DNA from: an uncultured Verrucomicrobiota bacterium
GTDB taxonomy: Bacteria > Verrucomicrobiota > Kiritimatiellia > CAIKKV01 > CAITUY01
DNA: 64,000 nucleotides
Direction of reading: 5' to 3'
Assembly: GCA_964611575.1 (NCBI GenBank)
Contig: CAZTAJ010000001.1
Coordinates: forward strand, 5,873-69,872
Every line of letters starts with the position of its first letter. Position 1 is the first letter of the stretch. A program made the translations under genes and the position numbers. Below the pieces are notes generated by a model that was not told the origin of the DNA, ran no database searches, and saw only the letters and a list, made by a program, of their open reading frames with translations. This document shows positions 37,315 to 45,456 of this stretch, piece after piece.

Positions 37315-37962
37315 ATGCTGAGCATCCTGATCGCCGACGACCATGAACTGGTGCGGAAGGGCCTGCGCTCGGTGTTGGAATCCCGCCCGGGCTGGACGGT
37401 GTGCGGCGAGGCGCGCCACGGACGCGAGGCCGTGGAGAAGGCCCGGGAGTGCCGGCCCGACATCGTGATCATGGATTTGACCATGCCCGAATTGAACGGT
37501 CTGGAGGCGACCCGGCAGATCCGCGCCAGCCTGCCCGACACGGAGGTCCTGATCCTGACCATGCATCACTCGGAGCAGTTGGTCCGCGAGGTGCTTTCCG
37601 CCGGCGCGCGCGGCTACCTGCTCAAGACCGACGCCGGCGATGCCGTTTTCGATGCGGTGGAGGCGCTTGTCCGGCACAAACCGTACTTCACTGCGAGTGT
37701 ATCCGATGTCCTGCTGGCGTCGTATCTGCATCCCGACCGGCACCCGGGTGCGCGGGCCGGCGCTTCGGCGCTCACCCCGCGCGAAGTCGAGGTCGTGCAG
37801 GCGATCGCCGAGGGGAAGAGCACGAAGGAGATCGCCCGTGCTTTGGGCATCAGCGAGCCGACGGCGGAAACGCACCGCGCGAACCTCATGCGAAAGCTGG
37901 AGGTCCACTCCGTCAGCGAGATCGTCCGCTATGCCATTCGCAACCGGTTGATCGAGCCCTGA
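37315..37962 (+). CDS. NarL/LuxR-family response regulator
   Basis: REC domain (ILIADDHELVR...IVIMDLTMPELNG) plus a LuxR HTH (LTPREVEVVQAIAEGKSTKEIA). Confidence 0.9.
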   Translation: MLSILIADDHELVRKGLRSVLESRPGWTVCGEARHGREAVEKARECRPDIVIMDLTMPELNGLEATRQIRASLPDTEVLILTMHHSEQLVREVLSAGARGYLLKTDAGDAVFDAVEALVRHKPYFTASVSDVLLASYLHPDRHPGARAGASALTPREVEVVQAIAEGKSTKEIARALGISEPTAETHRANLMRKLEVHSVSEIVRYAIRNRLIEP

Positions 37963-37990
37963 GACGCGGCTGCCGGGTCCTCGTTTCCCC

Positions 37991-38040
37991 TGATTCACAG
38001 TAACGGAAATTCACACACAAAATACAGGATTCACTGTATG
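37991..38040 (+). promoter_or_regulatory. AT-rich segment with three ATTCAC repeats and a TACAG-N6-CTGTA palindrome (operator candidate)
   Basis: ATTCAC occurs at 37993, 38009 and 38029. GATTCACAGT and GATTCACTGT are near-identical. This is one of the most AT-rich intergenic stretches I noticed and lies upstream of the XRE gene. Confidence 0.4.
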
Positions 38041-38118
38041 GACAAAGCCCCCGTCTGATTTAGGGTGGAGGCAGGCGGGCGTTGTCTCAAAATAGATCCG
38101 AGGGGAAGGGAGCGCATC

Positions 38119-38424
38119 ATGAGTGCACGAACGAAGAAGGGGACCGGGAAGAGCAAGGCGGGTATCAAGACCTACAGCAATCCATTGGTGGACGCGTTTG
38201 CGACGCGGATCAAACAGTGGCGTCAGCAGGAGGGCAGGACGCTCAAGGTGGTGGCTGCCGATACCGGGCTGTCCATGGCCATTCTGTGCGAGTGGGAACA
38301 CGGGCACCGCTTTCCATCGGTCGATCACCTCCAGGCCATTGCCGAGTATACCGGGATTTCGGCCAGCGCGTTCCTTCAACTCGGGAAACGCGGCGCGAAG
38401 GCGAGTCGACCCCGGCGCAAGTAG
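38119..38424 (+). CDS. XRE-family helix-turn-helix transcriptional regulator
   Basis: ...RIKQWRQQEGRTLKVVAADTGLSMAILCEWEHGHRFPSVDHLQAIAEYTGI. The start is at MSAR (38119). Confidence 0.7.
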   Translation: MSARTKKGTGKSKAGIKTYSNPLVDAFATRIKQWRQQEGRTLKVVAADTGLSMAILCEWEHGHRFPSVDHLQAIAEYTGISASAFLQLGKRGAKASRPRRK

Positions 38425-38436
38425 GGCCCGATCCGG

Positions 38437-38877
38437 TCAGGAGGCGGGGCGGGGGACGCGTTCTGCGTGGACGCGCTCCAACGCGGCGGCGATGCTCTTC
38501 AGGATCTCCTCCATATCGAAGGGTTTGCTGACGTAATCGAGGGGGAGAACGCAGGCGGTTCCGGCCTGCTCGAACGCCGCCTGTCCCTCCGGTGAGGGGA
38601 ATCCTGTCACGGCAATGACGCCCACGGGGTGTGTGCAGCTTGGGGCCAGGCGGCGGAGGAGCGTCATGCCGTCCATGACCGGCATGCGGATGTCGAGCAG
38701 GACAAGGTAGACGGCGGTTCCCAGGGTGTCGATTTTGTCCAGGGCTTCCTGGCCGTTCACGGCGAAGTGGGTGTTGACGTAGGACCGCGACTTCAGGATG
38801 TACCGCAAGGCCTCCCGCGGTCCCCAGTCATCATCCACGATCAGGATGCCCCGTTGTTTTGGATCAGGAATCAGCAT
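38437..38877 (-). CDS. single-domain response regulator (CheY-like receiver)
   Basis: ILIVDDD...LVLLDIRMPVMDG...KPF. Confidence 0.8.
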   Translation of the reverse strand: MLIPDPKQRGILIVDDDWGPREALRYILKSRSYVNTHFAVNGQEALDKIDTLGTAVYLVLLDIRMPVMDGMTLLRRLAPSCTHPVGVIAVTGFPSPEGQAAFEQAGTACVLPLDYVSKPFDMEEILKSIAAALERVHAERVPRPAS

Positions 38878-39012
38878 GCTCGCGCCCGATGTCACGTCCC
38901 ATGACGCCCAACATTCCTCATTGAGCCGATCGTTAAGAATATAGCCACGGCGGCACGGCCGCGCAAGTCTATTAGACCGCGGGTTTCACAGGCAGAGGAT
39001 GGCACCGGTTGT

Positions 39013-39948
39013 TCAGCGCTGAGTCGCCGGCGTGGCGCGGCTGATGAAGTACTCCACGGTGGCCCGCAATCCCCGGTCGAAATCGGCTGACGGCCGGAAA
39101 CCGGTTGCCAGCAACTTTTCCACCGAGGCCACCGAGTGCTTCACATCGCCGGGCCGTTCGGGGGCGTGCCGGATCTCCGAGCGCGACCCGGTCAGGCGCA
39201 CGATGGTCTCCGCGAGGCCGTTGACGGTGATGCGCTTGCCGTAGGCGACGTTGAAGACGCCGGTGGCGGGCGACTGCGTGGCGAAGAACACATTCGCGGC
39301 CGCGATGTCCTTCACATAGATGAAGTCGCGGGTCTGTTCGCCATCCCCGAAGATGACGATCGGTTCATGGCGGACGGCGCGATGCGTGAAGATCGGCACG
39401 GCCGCGGCGTAGGCGCTCCCGGGGTCCTGGCGCGGACCGAACACGTTGAAATAGCGCAGGCAGGCCACCGGCAGGCGGCCGGTGTCCGTGAAGATCCGGC
39501 CGTAGTATTCGCCGTCGAGTTTGCTGACGGCGTAGGGGCTCTTGGGTTCGGGCAGCATCGTTTCCACTTTCGGCATCGCCGGGTTGTCGCCATAGACGGC
39601 CGAGGTGGTGCTCAGGACCAGTTTCCTGACGCCGGCGCGGACGGCTTCCTCGTAAACGGCCAGGGTGCCGAGCGTGTTGATCTCGGCGCACTCGCGTGGC
39701 TTTTCCATCGATTCCGGCACGCTGATCATGGCGGCGAGGTGGAACACGTAGTCGACGCCGGTCATGGCGCGGCGCAGGGCCTCGCGGTCGAGGATCGACG
39801 CCTCGATGAATTCGCAGGCCAGTCCGTCCAGGTTGCGGCGGAAGCCGGTGCGCAGATTGTCGATCACGCGCACGGCAGCCTTGCCTTGCAGGTGTTCCGC
39901 GATGTGACTGCCGATGAAGCCGGCGCCGCCGGTGATGAGAACGTTCAT
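39013..39948 (-). CDS. NAD-dependent epimerase/dehydratase (UDP-sugar 4-epimerase-like SDR)
   Basis: MNVLITGGAGFIGSH and YAVSK (YxxxK). It is 311 aa. The tracked 528-aa ORF extends spuriously across the divergent intergenic region. Confidence 0.9.
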   Translation of the reverse strand: MNVLITGGAGFIGSHIAEHLQGKAAVRVIDNLRTGFRRNLDGLACEFIEASILDREALRRAMTGVDYVFHLAAMISVPESMEKPRECAEINTLGTLAVYEEAVRAGVRKLVLSTTSAVYGDNPAMPKVETMLPEPKSPYAVSKLDGEYYGRIFTDTGRLPVACLRYFNVFGPRQDPGSAYAAAVPIFTHRAVRHEPIVIFGDGEQTRDFIYVKDIAAANVFFATQSPATGVFNVAYGKRITVNGLAETIVRLTGSRSEIRHAPERPGDVKHSVASVEKLLATGFRPSADFDRGLRATVEYFISRATPATQR

Positions 39949-40003
39949 GTCGGTGATTCCTTGCCCTTTGATCCATCCAATCACGGCCCGGCAGGGCGGG
40001 CAA

Positions 40004-40048
40004 GCGGAAAGGCGGCGGAGAGTGGCGGAAAGTGGCGGCGGAGAGGCG
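40004..40048 (+). repeat. 21/22-bp G-rich tandem duplication in divergent promoter region
   Basis: GCGGAAAGGCGGCGGAGAG(TG) followed by GCGGAAAGTGGCGGCGGAGAG(GCG). The two differ by a single T insertion. CAAGCGG flanks both sides (40001, 40053). Confidence 0.8.
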
Positions 40049-40116
40049 AAGCCAAGCGGCTCCGGGTGCCGAAAAGGAGCTTGTGGGTGGCCTGCGATGC
40101 GATACGATTCGACCCC

Positions 40117-41253
40117 ATGAGCCTGAAGGTCTACACACGGTTTCCGGGCGGCAACGCCGCGGATGTCGAGATCGTTGATAAGGGGCCGGTTCCCGAGGTG
40201 CGTTTTGCCTCCGACCCGTGCGGCGGTCCCACGGCCTTGTGGTTCCATTTCCGGCTCGAGGAAACGGCGCCGGACGCGGCGAGCCATACCAAGGTGCGTC
40301 TGACCTGGAACCACTTTGACACGGTGTTCGGGGCGGGGGAGGCTCCCACGTGCGTTCCCGTGTGCCAGTCGCCGGGCCAGCCCTGGACGCGGCTGAAGCA
40401 GGGCGATGAGACGCATACGCCTGACGGCCGCCGTCAGCTCTCCTGGTCGATCCCGCACCCGGCGCCATCGGTTGAGGTGGCGTTCTGTTTTCCCTATGGG
40501 CCGTCGGAGGTTGATCAACTGCTTGAGCGCTCCAAGGATTACTGGCAGTCGACGCCCATCGGGTTGAGCCAGGGCGGGCGTCGGATTCTCCGGCTGCACA
40601 ATGCCGTCGGATCACCGGGCGGGACACAGCCCGGAGTCTATCTCGTGGCCCGTCAGCACGCGGGCGAGATGCCGGGATCGTGGGTGCTGGACGGTTTCCT
40701 GCGGCAACTGGCGCAGACCCGCAAGGCCGGCTACATTGTCTGGGCGGCGCCGCTGGCCGATATCGACGGCGTGGCGCACGGGCACCACGGGAAGGATGGG
40801 TTTCCCTACGATCTCGAAGGCGCCTGGGGCGTCCCGACGATGCGCCACGAAGCGCGGGTGATTCGCCAGGACGTTTTGCGTTGGAAAGCCCGGTGCCGGC
40901 CTCTTCTGGCGCTCGATCTGCAGGCGCCGGGCGCCTGCGAACGAACGGGGGTCCGCGCATGCATGTCGCGGCAGCCCGAAGCGCCGCTGGCCGCCGAGGA
41001 AACCAAGTGGTGCAACGTGATCCAGAACGAATTGCAGGCGGAGTTTGCCGCGCCGGACTTCAGGCGCGCAGCCGGCGAGACGGCACCCGGGGTGACCCGG
41101 GGCTTTGCAGACTTTATGCGCGATGAAATCGGCGTACCGGCGCTGACCGTGGAGACGCCCTATTCCCATGCCGCCGGGACGATTCTGACCCAGAAGAGCT
41201 ACCGTGAAATCGGCCGCCGCCTGGCCCTGGCCGTCCTGCGCCGCCACGGATGA
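40117..41253 (+). CDS. M14-family zinc carboxypeptidase-like protein
   Basis: HxxE zinc motif in ARQHAGEMPGSW, and an N-terminal beta-sandwich-like domain. The start is at MSLKVYT (40117). Confidence 0.65.
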   Translation: MSLKVYTRFPGGNAADVEIVDKGPVPEVRFASDPCGGPTALWFHFRLEETAPDAASHTKVRLTWNHFDTVFGAGEAPTCVPVCQSPGQPWTRLKQGDETHTPDGRRQLSWSIPHPAPSVEVAFCFPYGPSEVDQLLERSKDYWQSTPIGLSQGGRRILRLHNAVGSPGGTQPGVYLVARQHAGEMPGSWVLDGFLRQLAQTRKAGYIVWAAPLADIDGVAHGHHGKDGFPYDLEGAWGVPTMRHEARVIRQDVLRWKARCRPLLALDLQAPGACERTGVRACMSRQPEAPLAAEETKWCNVIQNELQAEFAAPDFRRAAGETAPGVTRGFADFMRDEIGVPALTVETPYSHAAGTILTQKSYREIGRRLALAVLRRHG

Positions 41254-41283
41254 GGTGGGGCAGGGGATCCCTGTTTCTGAGCG

Positions 41284-42318
41284 CTATCGTTCCCACACTC
41301 TCAGCCCGTGCCGGCTGAGATAGATGGGGATGTTCCGGAAGAGCGGGTTGGCCTTCTCGATCGCCTGGATCATGGCGCGCTTGCGGTGGGACAGGTCGCC
41401 GCAGAGGATGGTGATCGACCCGCCTTCGCCTCCGGCGCCATTGATCTTCCAGCCCAGCGCTCCGAATTCGCGGGCCAGGCCGATGATGGTGTCGGCGTCC
41501 TCACTGATCAGCCGCGGGTTCAACTGGCGCTGGGCCTCGGTATTGTCGGTCATCGATTTTCCCAGCGCCCGGAAATCGCCGGTGTAGACGGCATCGCGGG
41601 CCTGCGGCGCGGTCTCGCGCAGGGGCTTGAGTTTGGCGCAGTCCGGTCCGGCATTCTCCAACTCGCGAATGACCATCTCATGGACCTGGGACGAACTGTG
41701 CGATTTGCCCAGGTAGATCAGCACGAGGCGGCGTTCCAATTCCCACCAGATGGCGTTGGAAACCTGGATGGGTGACACCGAGGCGTGGGGATAGTTGAAC
41801 ATCTCGATGTAGTTGATGCCGCCATAGGCCGCGCAGAGCTGATCCTGGATGCCGCATTGCTGCTTGAGCATCTCCGTTTCGATGCGCTGGGCCACAAGCG
41901 CCACCTCGTGCGGCGTCAGCCGACCCGGGGTCAGTCGGTCGAGGGCCCCGATCAGGGCCACGGACACGGCGGCGGATGTGCCGGTCGACCCGCCTGCCGG
42001 CGCCTCGGAGAAGATCGTCACCTCGAAGGCGACATTCCGGGGCACCTTCATATAGGAGATGGCCGCCTCGATCAGCGGGTGCCGGTCCCACTTCTTTTCC
42101 TGTTTCACGACATACCGTTCGCCGAAATTCTCGGCATGAATCATGATGCGATTCTTCTGACGGCGGACCGGATAGACCTCGATCTGCACCTCGGCGTAGG
42201 GATAGACACCGATGTTGAAGATCCGGCCATAGCCGGCGAACCAGGTGTCGGTCCACCCGCCGTTATCGCAGATTCGAATCGGGGCAACGCTGTTGATGAC
42301 GCGTAGCGGTGCTTTCAT
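41284..42318 (-). CDS. GHMP-family sugar kinase (HddA/fucokinase-like)
   Basis: GHMP motif APAGGSTGTSAAVSVALIGAL. The N-terminus RICDNGGWTD is typical of heptose/fucose kinase relatives. Confidence 0.75.
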   Translation of the reverse strand: MKAPLRVINSVAPIRICDNGGWTDTWFAGYGRIFNIGVYPYAEVQIEVYPVRRQKNRIMIHAENFGERYVVKQEKKWDRHPLIEAAISYMKVPRNVAFEVTIFSEAPAGGSTGTSAAVSVALIGALDRLTPGRLTPHEVALVAQRIETEMLKQQCGIQDQLCAAYGGINYIEMFNYPHASVSPIQVSNAIWWELERRLVLIYLGKSHSSSQVHEMVIRELENAGPDCAKLKPLRETAPQARDAVYTGDFRALGKSMTDNTEAQRQLNPRLISEDADTIIGLAREFGALGWKINGAGGEGGSITILCGDLSHRKRAMIQAIEKANPLFRNIPIYLSRHGLRVWER

Positions 42319-42406
42319 GCCGCCGGAGCATAGACTATTTCTGGATCACGCGGTAGAACTTGCTGACTTCGGCCGCGCATGGCTTCGACCTGGCTTCGAC
42401 CGCGCA

Positions 42407-42434
42407 TTGACAGGGGCCGGCGATGTGCGAGAAT
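42407..42434 (+). promoter_or_regulatory. sigma70-like promoter candidate TTGACA-16-GAGAAT upstream of hflX
   Basis: TTGACA at 42407-42412 and GAGAAT at 42429-42434. It is preceded by a TGGCTTCGACC x2 tandem (42380-42401), which is flanked by CCGCGCAT repeats. Confidence 0.35.
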
Positions 42435-42454
42435 TGCCGCATAGGGGTTCATCC

Positions 42455-43555
42455 ATGGTTCAGCCCGCCAAACTCGCCAACATCGCCACCGAACGCGCTT
42501 TGCTGGTCCAGGCCATCATTGGCCGGCAGTCCCGGGAACAGGCGAGCGAGTCGATCGAGGAACTGGAACGGCTGTCCGACACCGCCGGCGCGGTCGTCGT
42601 CGGCCGCCTGACCCAGCATCGCCAGCACCCGACCCCGAAATACCTGATCGGCGAAGGCAAACTGGAAGAGGTCAAGCTGGCTTGCCGCCAGGCGGACGCC
42701 AACCTGGTGATTTTCGACAATGACCTGACGCCGATGCAGGTCAACAACCTTGACCAGGAATTGGGGATCAAGGTCATAGACCGCACCGAGGTGATCCTCC
42801 AGATCTTTGCCCGGCGGGCGCGTTCCGCCGAGGCCCAGATCCAGGTCGAATTGGCCCAACTCCAATACCTGGTCTCCCGGTTGCCGGTTTCGGAGAAGCA
42901 GCCCCGCTTCACGGGCGGCATCGGCATGAAGGGGCCCGGCGAGAGTCCGTTGAAACTGCGCAACGAACCCATGCGCCGCCGGATTCGCGACCTTGAGCGA
43001 AAGCTGGAGACGATCCAGGCGCGGCGGTCGCGGACGCGGGCGCGGCGGCCCATGCCGTCCGTGGGCCTGGTCGGCTACACCAATGCCGGCAAATCGACCA
43101 TCCTCAACGCCCTGTCGGCGGCCGATGCGTTTGTAGACGACCGGCTGTTCGCCACGCTCGACACCAAGACACGCGTGGTCCGGCTGCCGGATGGCCGGGA
43201 GATTCTGCTGACCGACACGGTGGGTTTCATCCGCCACCTGCCGCACGGACTGATCGCCTCGTTCCGGTCGACGCTCGATGAGGTGTGCGAGGCCGATCTC
43301 CTGCTGCACGTCGCGGATGCGAGTCACTCGCACGTGCGGGACCACTGCGCGGTGGTGTACGACACCCTGGCTGAGATTGGCGCGCAGGCCGTGCCCCAGT
43401 TGCTGGTCTTCAACAAGTGCGATCGTCCCGAGGCGGTGGCGGCGCTGCCGGACCTGATGCGCCTATTCCCGGAGGCGTTGATGGTCTCGGCGTTGCGGAG
43501 GGAAGGACTGAAGGAACTGGGCGCCAGGATTGCAGATGAGATTCGGCGGCGTTAG
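42455..43555 (+). CDS. hflX: GTPase HflX
   Basis: HflX N-domain (LIGEGKLEEV...VIFDNDLTPMQ), G1 GYTNAGKST and G3 DTVGF. The start is at MVQPAKL (42455). Confidence 0.85.
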   Translation: MVQPAKLANIATERALLVQAIIGRQSREQASESIEELERLSDTAGAVVVGRLTQHRQHPTPKYLIGEGKLEEVKLACRQADANLVIFDNDLTPMQVNNLDQELGIKVIDRTEVILQIFARRARSAEAQIQVELAQLQYLVSRLPVSEKQPRFTGGIGMKGPGESPLKLRNEPMRRRIRDLERKLETIQARRSRTRARRPMPSVGLVGYTNAGKSTILNALSAADAFVDDRLFATLDTKTRVVRLPDGREILLTDTVGFIRHLPHGLIASFRSTLDEVCEADLLLHVADASHSHVRDHCAVVYDTLAEIGAQAVPQLLVFNKCDRPEAVAALPDLMRLFPEALMVSALRREGLKELGARIADEIRRR

Positions 43556-43565
43556 ACCTTCGCTT

Positions 43566-44450
43566 ATGCCGACGGGCACCCCCCGATGGACCCTGGCGGT
43601 CCGGACGGGGCTGGCGCTCGGCGTCGTGTTGTGGAGTCTTGCGGTATCGGGCGCCCCGCCGGCGCATTTCTACTTTGTCCAGATCACCGATACACACTGG
43701 GGCGCGCGCGACGGGGTGTCATTGACACGTAAGGTGGCGGAGGCGATCAACCAGCTTCCCCACCGGATCGAGTTCGTGGTGCATACGGGCGATCTCTTCG
43801 CCGACAGCCTCGGCGATCCGGCGGTCGTGCGGGAGAGCCTGAAAGCAATGAAGGCGATCAAGGTGCCGGTGTTCTATGTCCCCGGTAATCATGACATCCT
43901 GCCGGCCGATGAGGAGACGATGGCGGCGCTGTATCGCCGGCATTTTGGCGCCCTTTCCAGCCGGACTGACGTGCAGGGCGTGGTGTGCCTCTTCTTCTAC
44001 AGTGAGCCCCTGATTGGCCGGTTCAGCGTGTCGGGCTACGATCCGCTGGCGTGGCTGGAGACCCAGTTCAAGCAGGCGGGCGGAAAGCCCGTGATTCTCT
44101 TTCAGCACGCGCCTTCGGTCGGCTCTTTCCTGGACAGCGGCGATCCCGCCGAAACGGAGCCCGACAGCTATCGCGCCTGGGAGACCCTGGTCCGGCGTTA
44201 TCCCGCCCTCCGAGCCGTCATTGCCGGGCATGTTCATCGCGACGAACTCCACTGGCTGGGCGGCGTGCCCATCTATGTGAGCGCCCCGGTCGCACGATTC
44301 TGGGATCGCCAGCCGTCTTTTCGTGTGTATGACTACTGGGACGGAAAACTCGGCTACACGACCATCTACCTGCAAGGGGGCGGCAAGGCCTCAGCCAGGA
44401 AACCCGCGCCCGATTCCCCCTCAAAAGAGGTAAGGTCCGGAAAGGAGTAA
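43566..44450 (+). CDS. secreted metallophosphoesterase
   Basis: A signal peptide, then QITDTHWG, HTGD and GNHD. Confidence 0.8.
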   Translation: MPTGTPRWTLAVRTGLALGVVLWSLAVSGAPPAHFYFVQITDTHWGARDGVSLTRKVAEAINQLPHRIEFVVHTGDLFADSLGDPAVVRESLKAMKAIKVPVFYVPGNHDILPADEETMAALYRRHFGALSSRTDVQGVVCLFFYSEPLIGRFSVSGYDPLAWLETQFKQAGGKPVILFQHAPSVGSFLDSGDPAETEPDSYRAWETLVRRYPALRAVIAGHVHRDELHWLGGVPIYVSAPVARFWDRQPSFRVYDYWDGKLGYTTIYLQGGGKASARKPAPDSPSKEVRSGKE

Positions 44451-44460
44451 CCGGACCTTA
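44431..44460 (+). terminator. perfect 10-bp stem / 10-nt loop hairpin spanning the stop codon
   Basis: TAAGGTCCGG aaaggagtaa CCGGACCTTA. The TAA stop (44448-44450) sits in the loop. No T-tract follows, so intrinsic-terminator function is uncertain. Confidence 0.4.
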
Positions 44461-44821
44461 CGCTGACTGTCTTACCGCAGTCGGGTTCCCCCAGTGGTCA
44501 GTGAGACTCTGGACTCACTTGGACCTATCGGCCCTGTCCAACTCTTGTCAGACCAACCACGGGTCGATTGATTATCAAGCATGGGCTATGCCACCCGGTT
44601 CCACGTGCCCGAAGGGTGTCGTTTCGAGCACGAATCGACCTCGAATACGGTCTATTCCCGGATCCGCCGGAATGGCGGCGAGGTGCGACTGTGTCTGTGA
44701 CAGTCCATGGGACAGCGCGATACAGACGAAGGTTTCCAAATCAAAGCCAAATCGGGCTTGAGCCGCTGTGCCGGCGTTTGATAGACACAAACCAGGGCGT
44801 GATGAAAAACCGACGGGAAGG

Positions 44822-45400
44822 ATGAGGCGTTTCATGAAGGCTGTCTATCGGGTCATGGTGTTGGGGCTCTTGTTGTCAGGTTCCGGCTGTGTGACCATGC
44901 TGGATGAAAAGAGCCTGGCGCGGCAGCAGGCGGACTACGACAGCCTCCGTGCGGATGTCGATGTTCTGAAGGAAAAATTGAACATCATCCAGGCGGAACA
45001 GCAGGCCCTGGCGCGGGATCTTGAGGCTGCGCGGCGAACGCCGCGCGAGGATACGGCCGCACGGGCGCGGGTGGAGCAGCTCGAGCAGCAGATTCGTGCC
45101 GTCAATACCGCCCGGGAAAGCGACCGGCGCCAGATTGTGGATGACCTCAGCAAGAAGGTGGCCGGACTGGTGAACGCCTCCGGAGGCAGTGCTTCGTCCA
45201 GTGGCCGGTCGTCGACGGGGCGCTTGGGCGGTGGTGGCGCGGCCGAGACGGGTTATGAGCACGTGGTCAAGACCGGCGAAACGCTCTCGGCCATCGCACA
45301 GGCCTACAAAGTGACGGTCAGCGCGATCATGAAGGCCAACGCCATCAAGACCAGCGACAAGATCCGTGTGGGCCAGAAGCTGTTTATCCCGGCGCCGTGA
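44822..45400 (+). CDS. LysM-domain lipoprotein with coiled-coil
   Basis: Lipobox LLSGSGC, a coiled-coil, and a C-terminal LysM domain (YEHVVKTGETLSAIAQAY...IRVGQKLFIP). Confidence 0.8.
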   Translation: MRRFMKAVYRVMVLGLLLSGSGCVTMLDEKSLARQQADYDSLRADVDVLKEKLNIIQAEQQALARDLEAARRTPREDTAARARVEQLEQQIRAVNTARESDRRQIVDDLSKKVAGLVNASGGSASSSGRSSTGRLGGGGAAETGYEHVVKTGETLSAIAQAYKVTVSAIMKANAIKTSDKIRVGQKLFIPAP

Positions 45401-45456
45401 GGCATCCGGGTTGCTCAGGCAATCGTTGAACCGGGGCGACGACACTCCATGCCGGG

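Noticed and set aside
39013-41253. Two very long tracked ORFs (39013..40599 minus, 39136..41253 plus) that cross the divergent intergenic region.
   Set aside because: Conserved sequence begins at internal Mets: MNVLITGGAG at 39948 and MSLKVYT at 40117. The extensions are antisense to the neighbouring gene or run through the G-rich tandem repeat.
44461-44821. tmRNA, RNase P RNA, SRP RNA or 6S RNA in the structured intergenic region.
   Set aside because: Hallmark sequences are absent by eye: the tRNA-like GGGG...CCA ends and tag ORF of tmRNA, GAGGAAAGUCC of RNase P, and the SRP domain IV motif. The region is kept only as an unclassified candidate in the findings.
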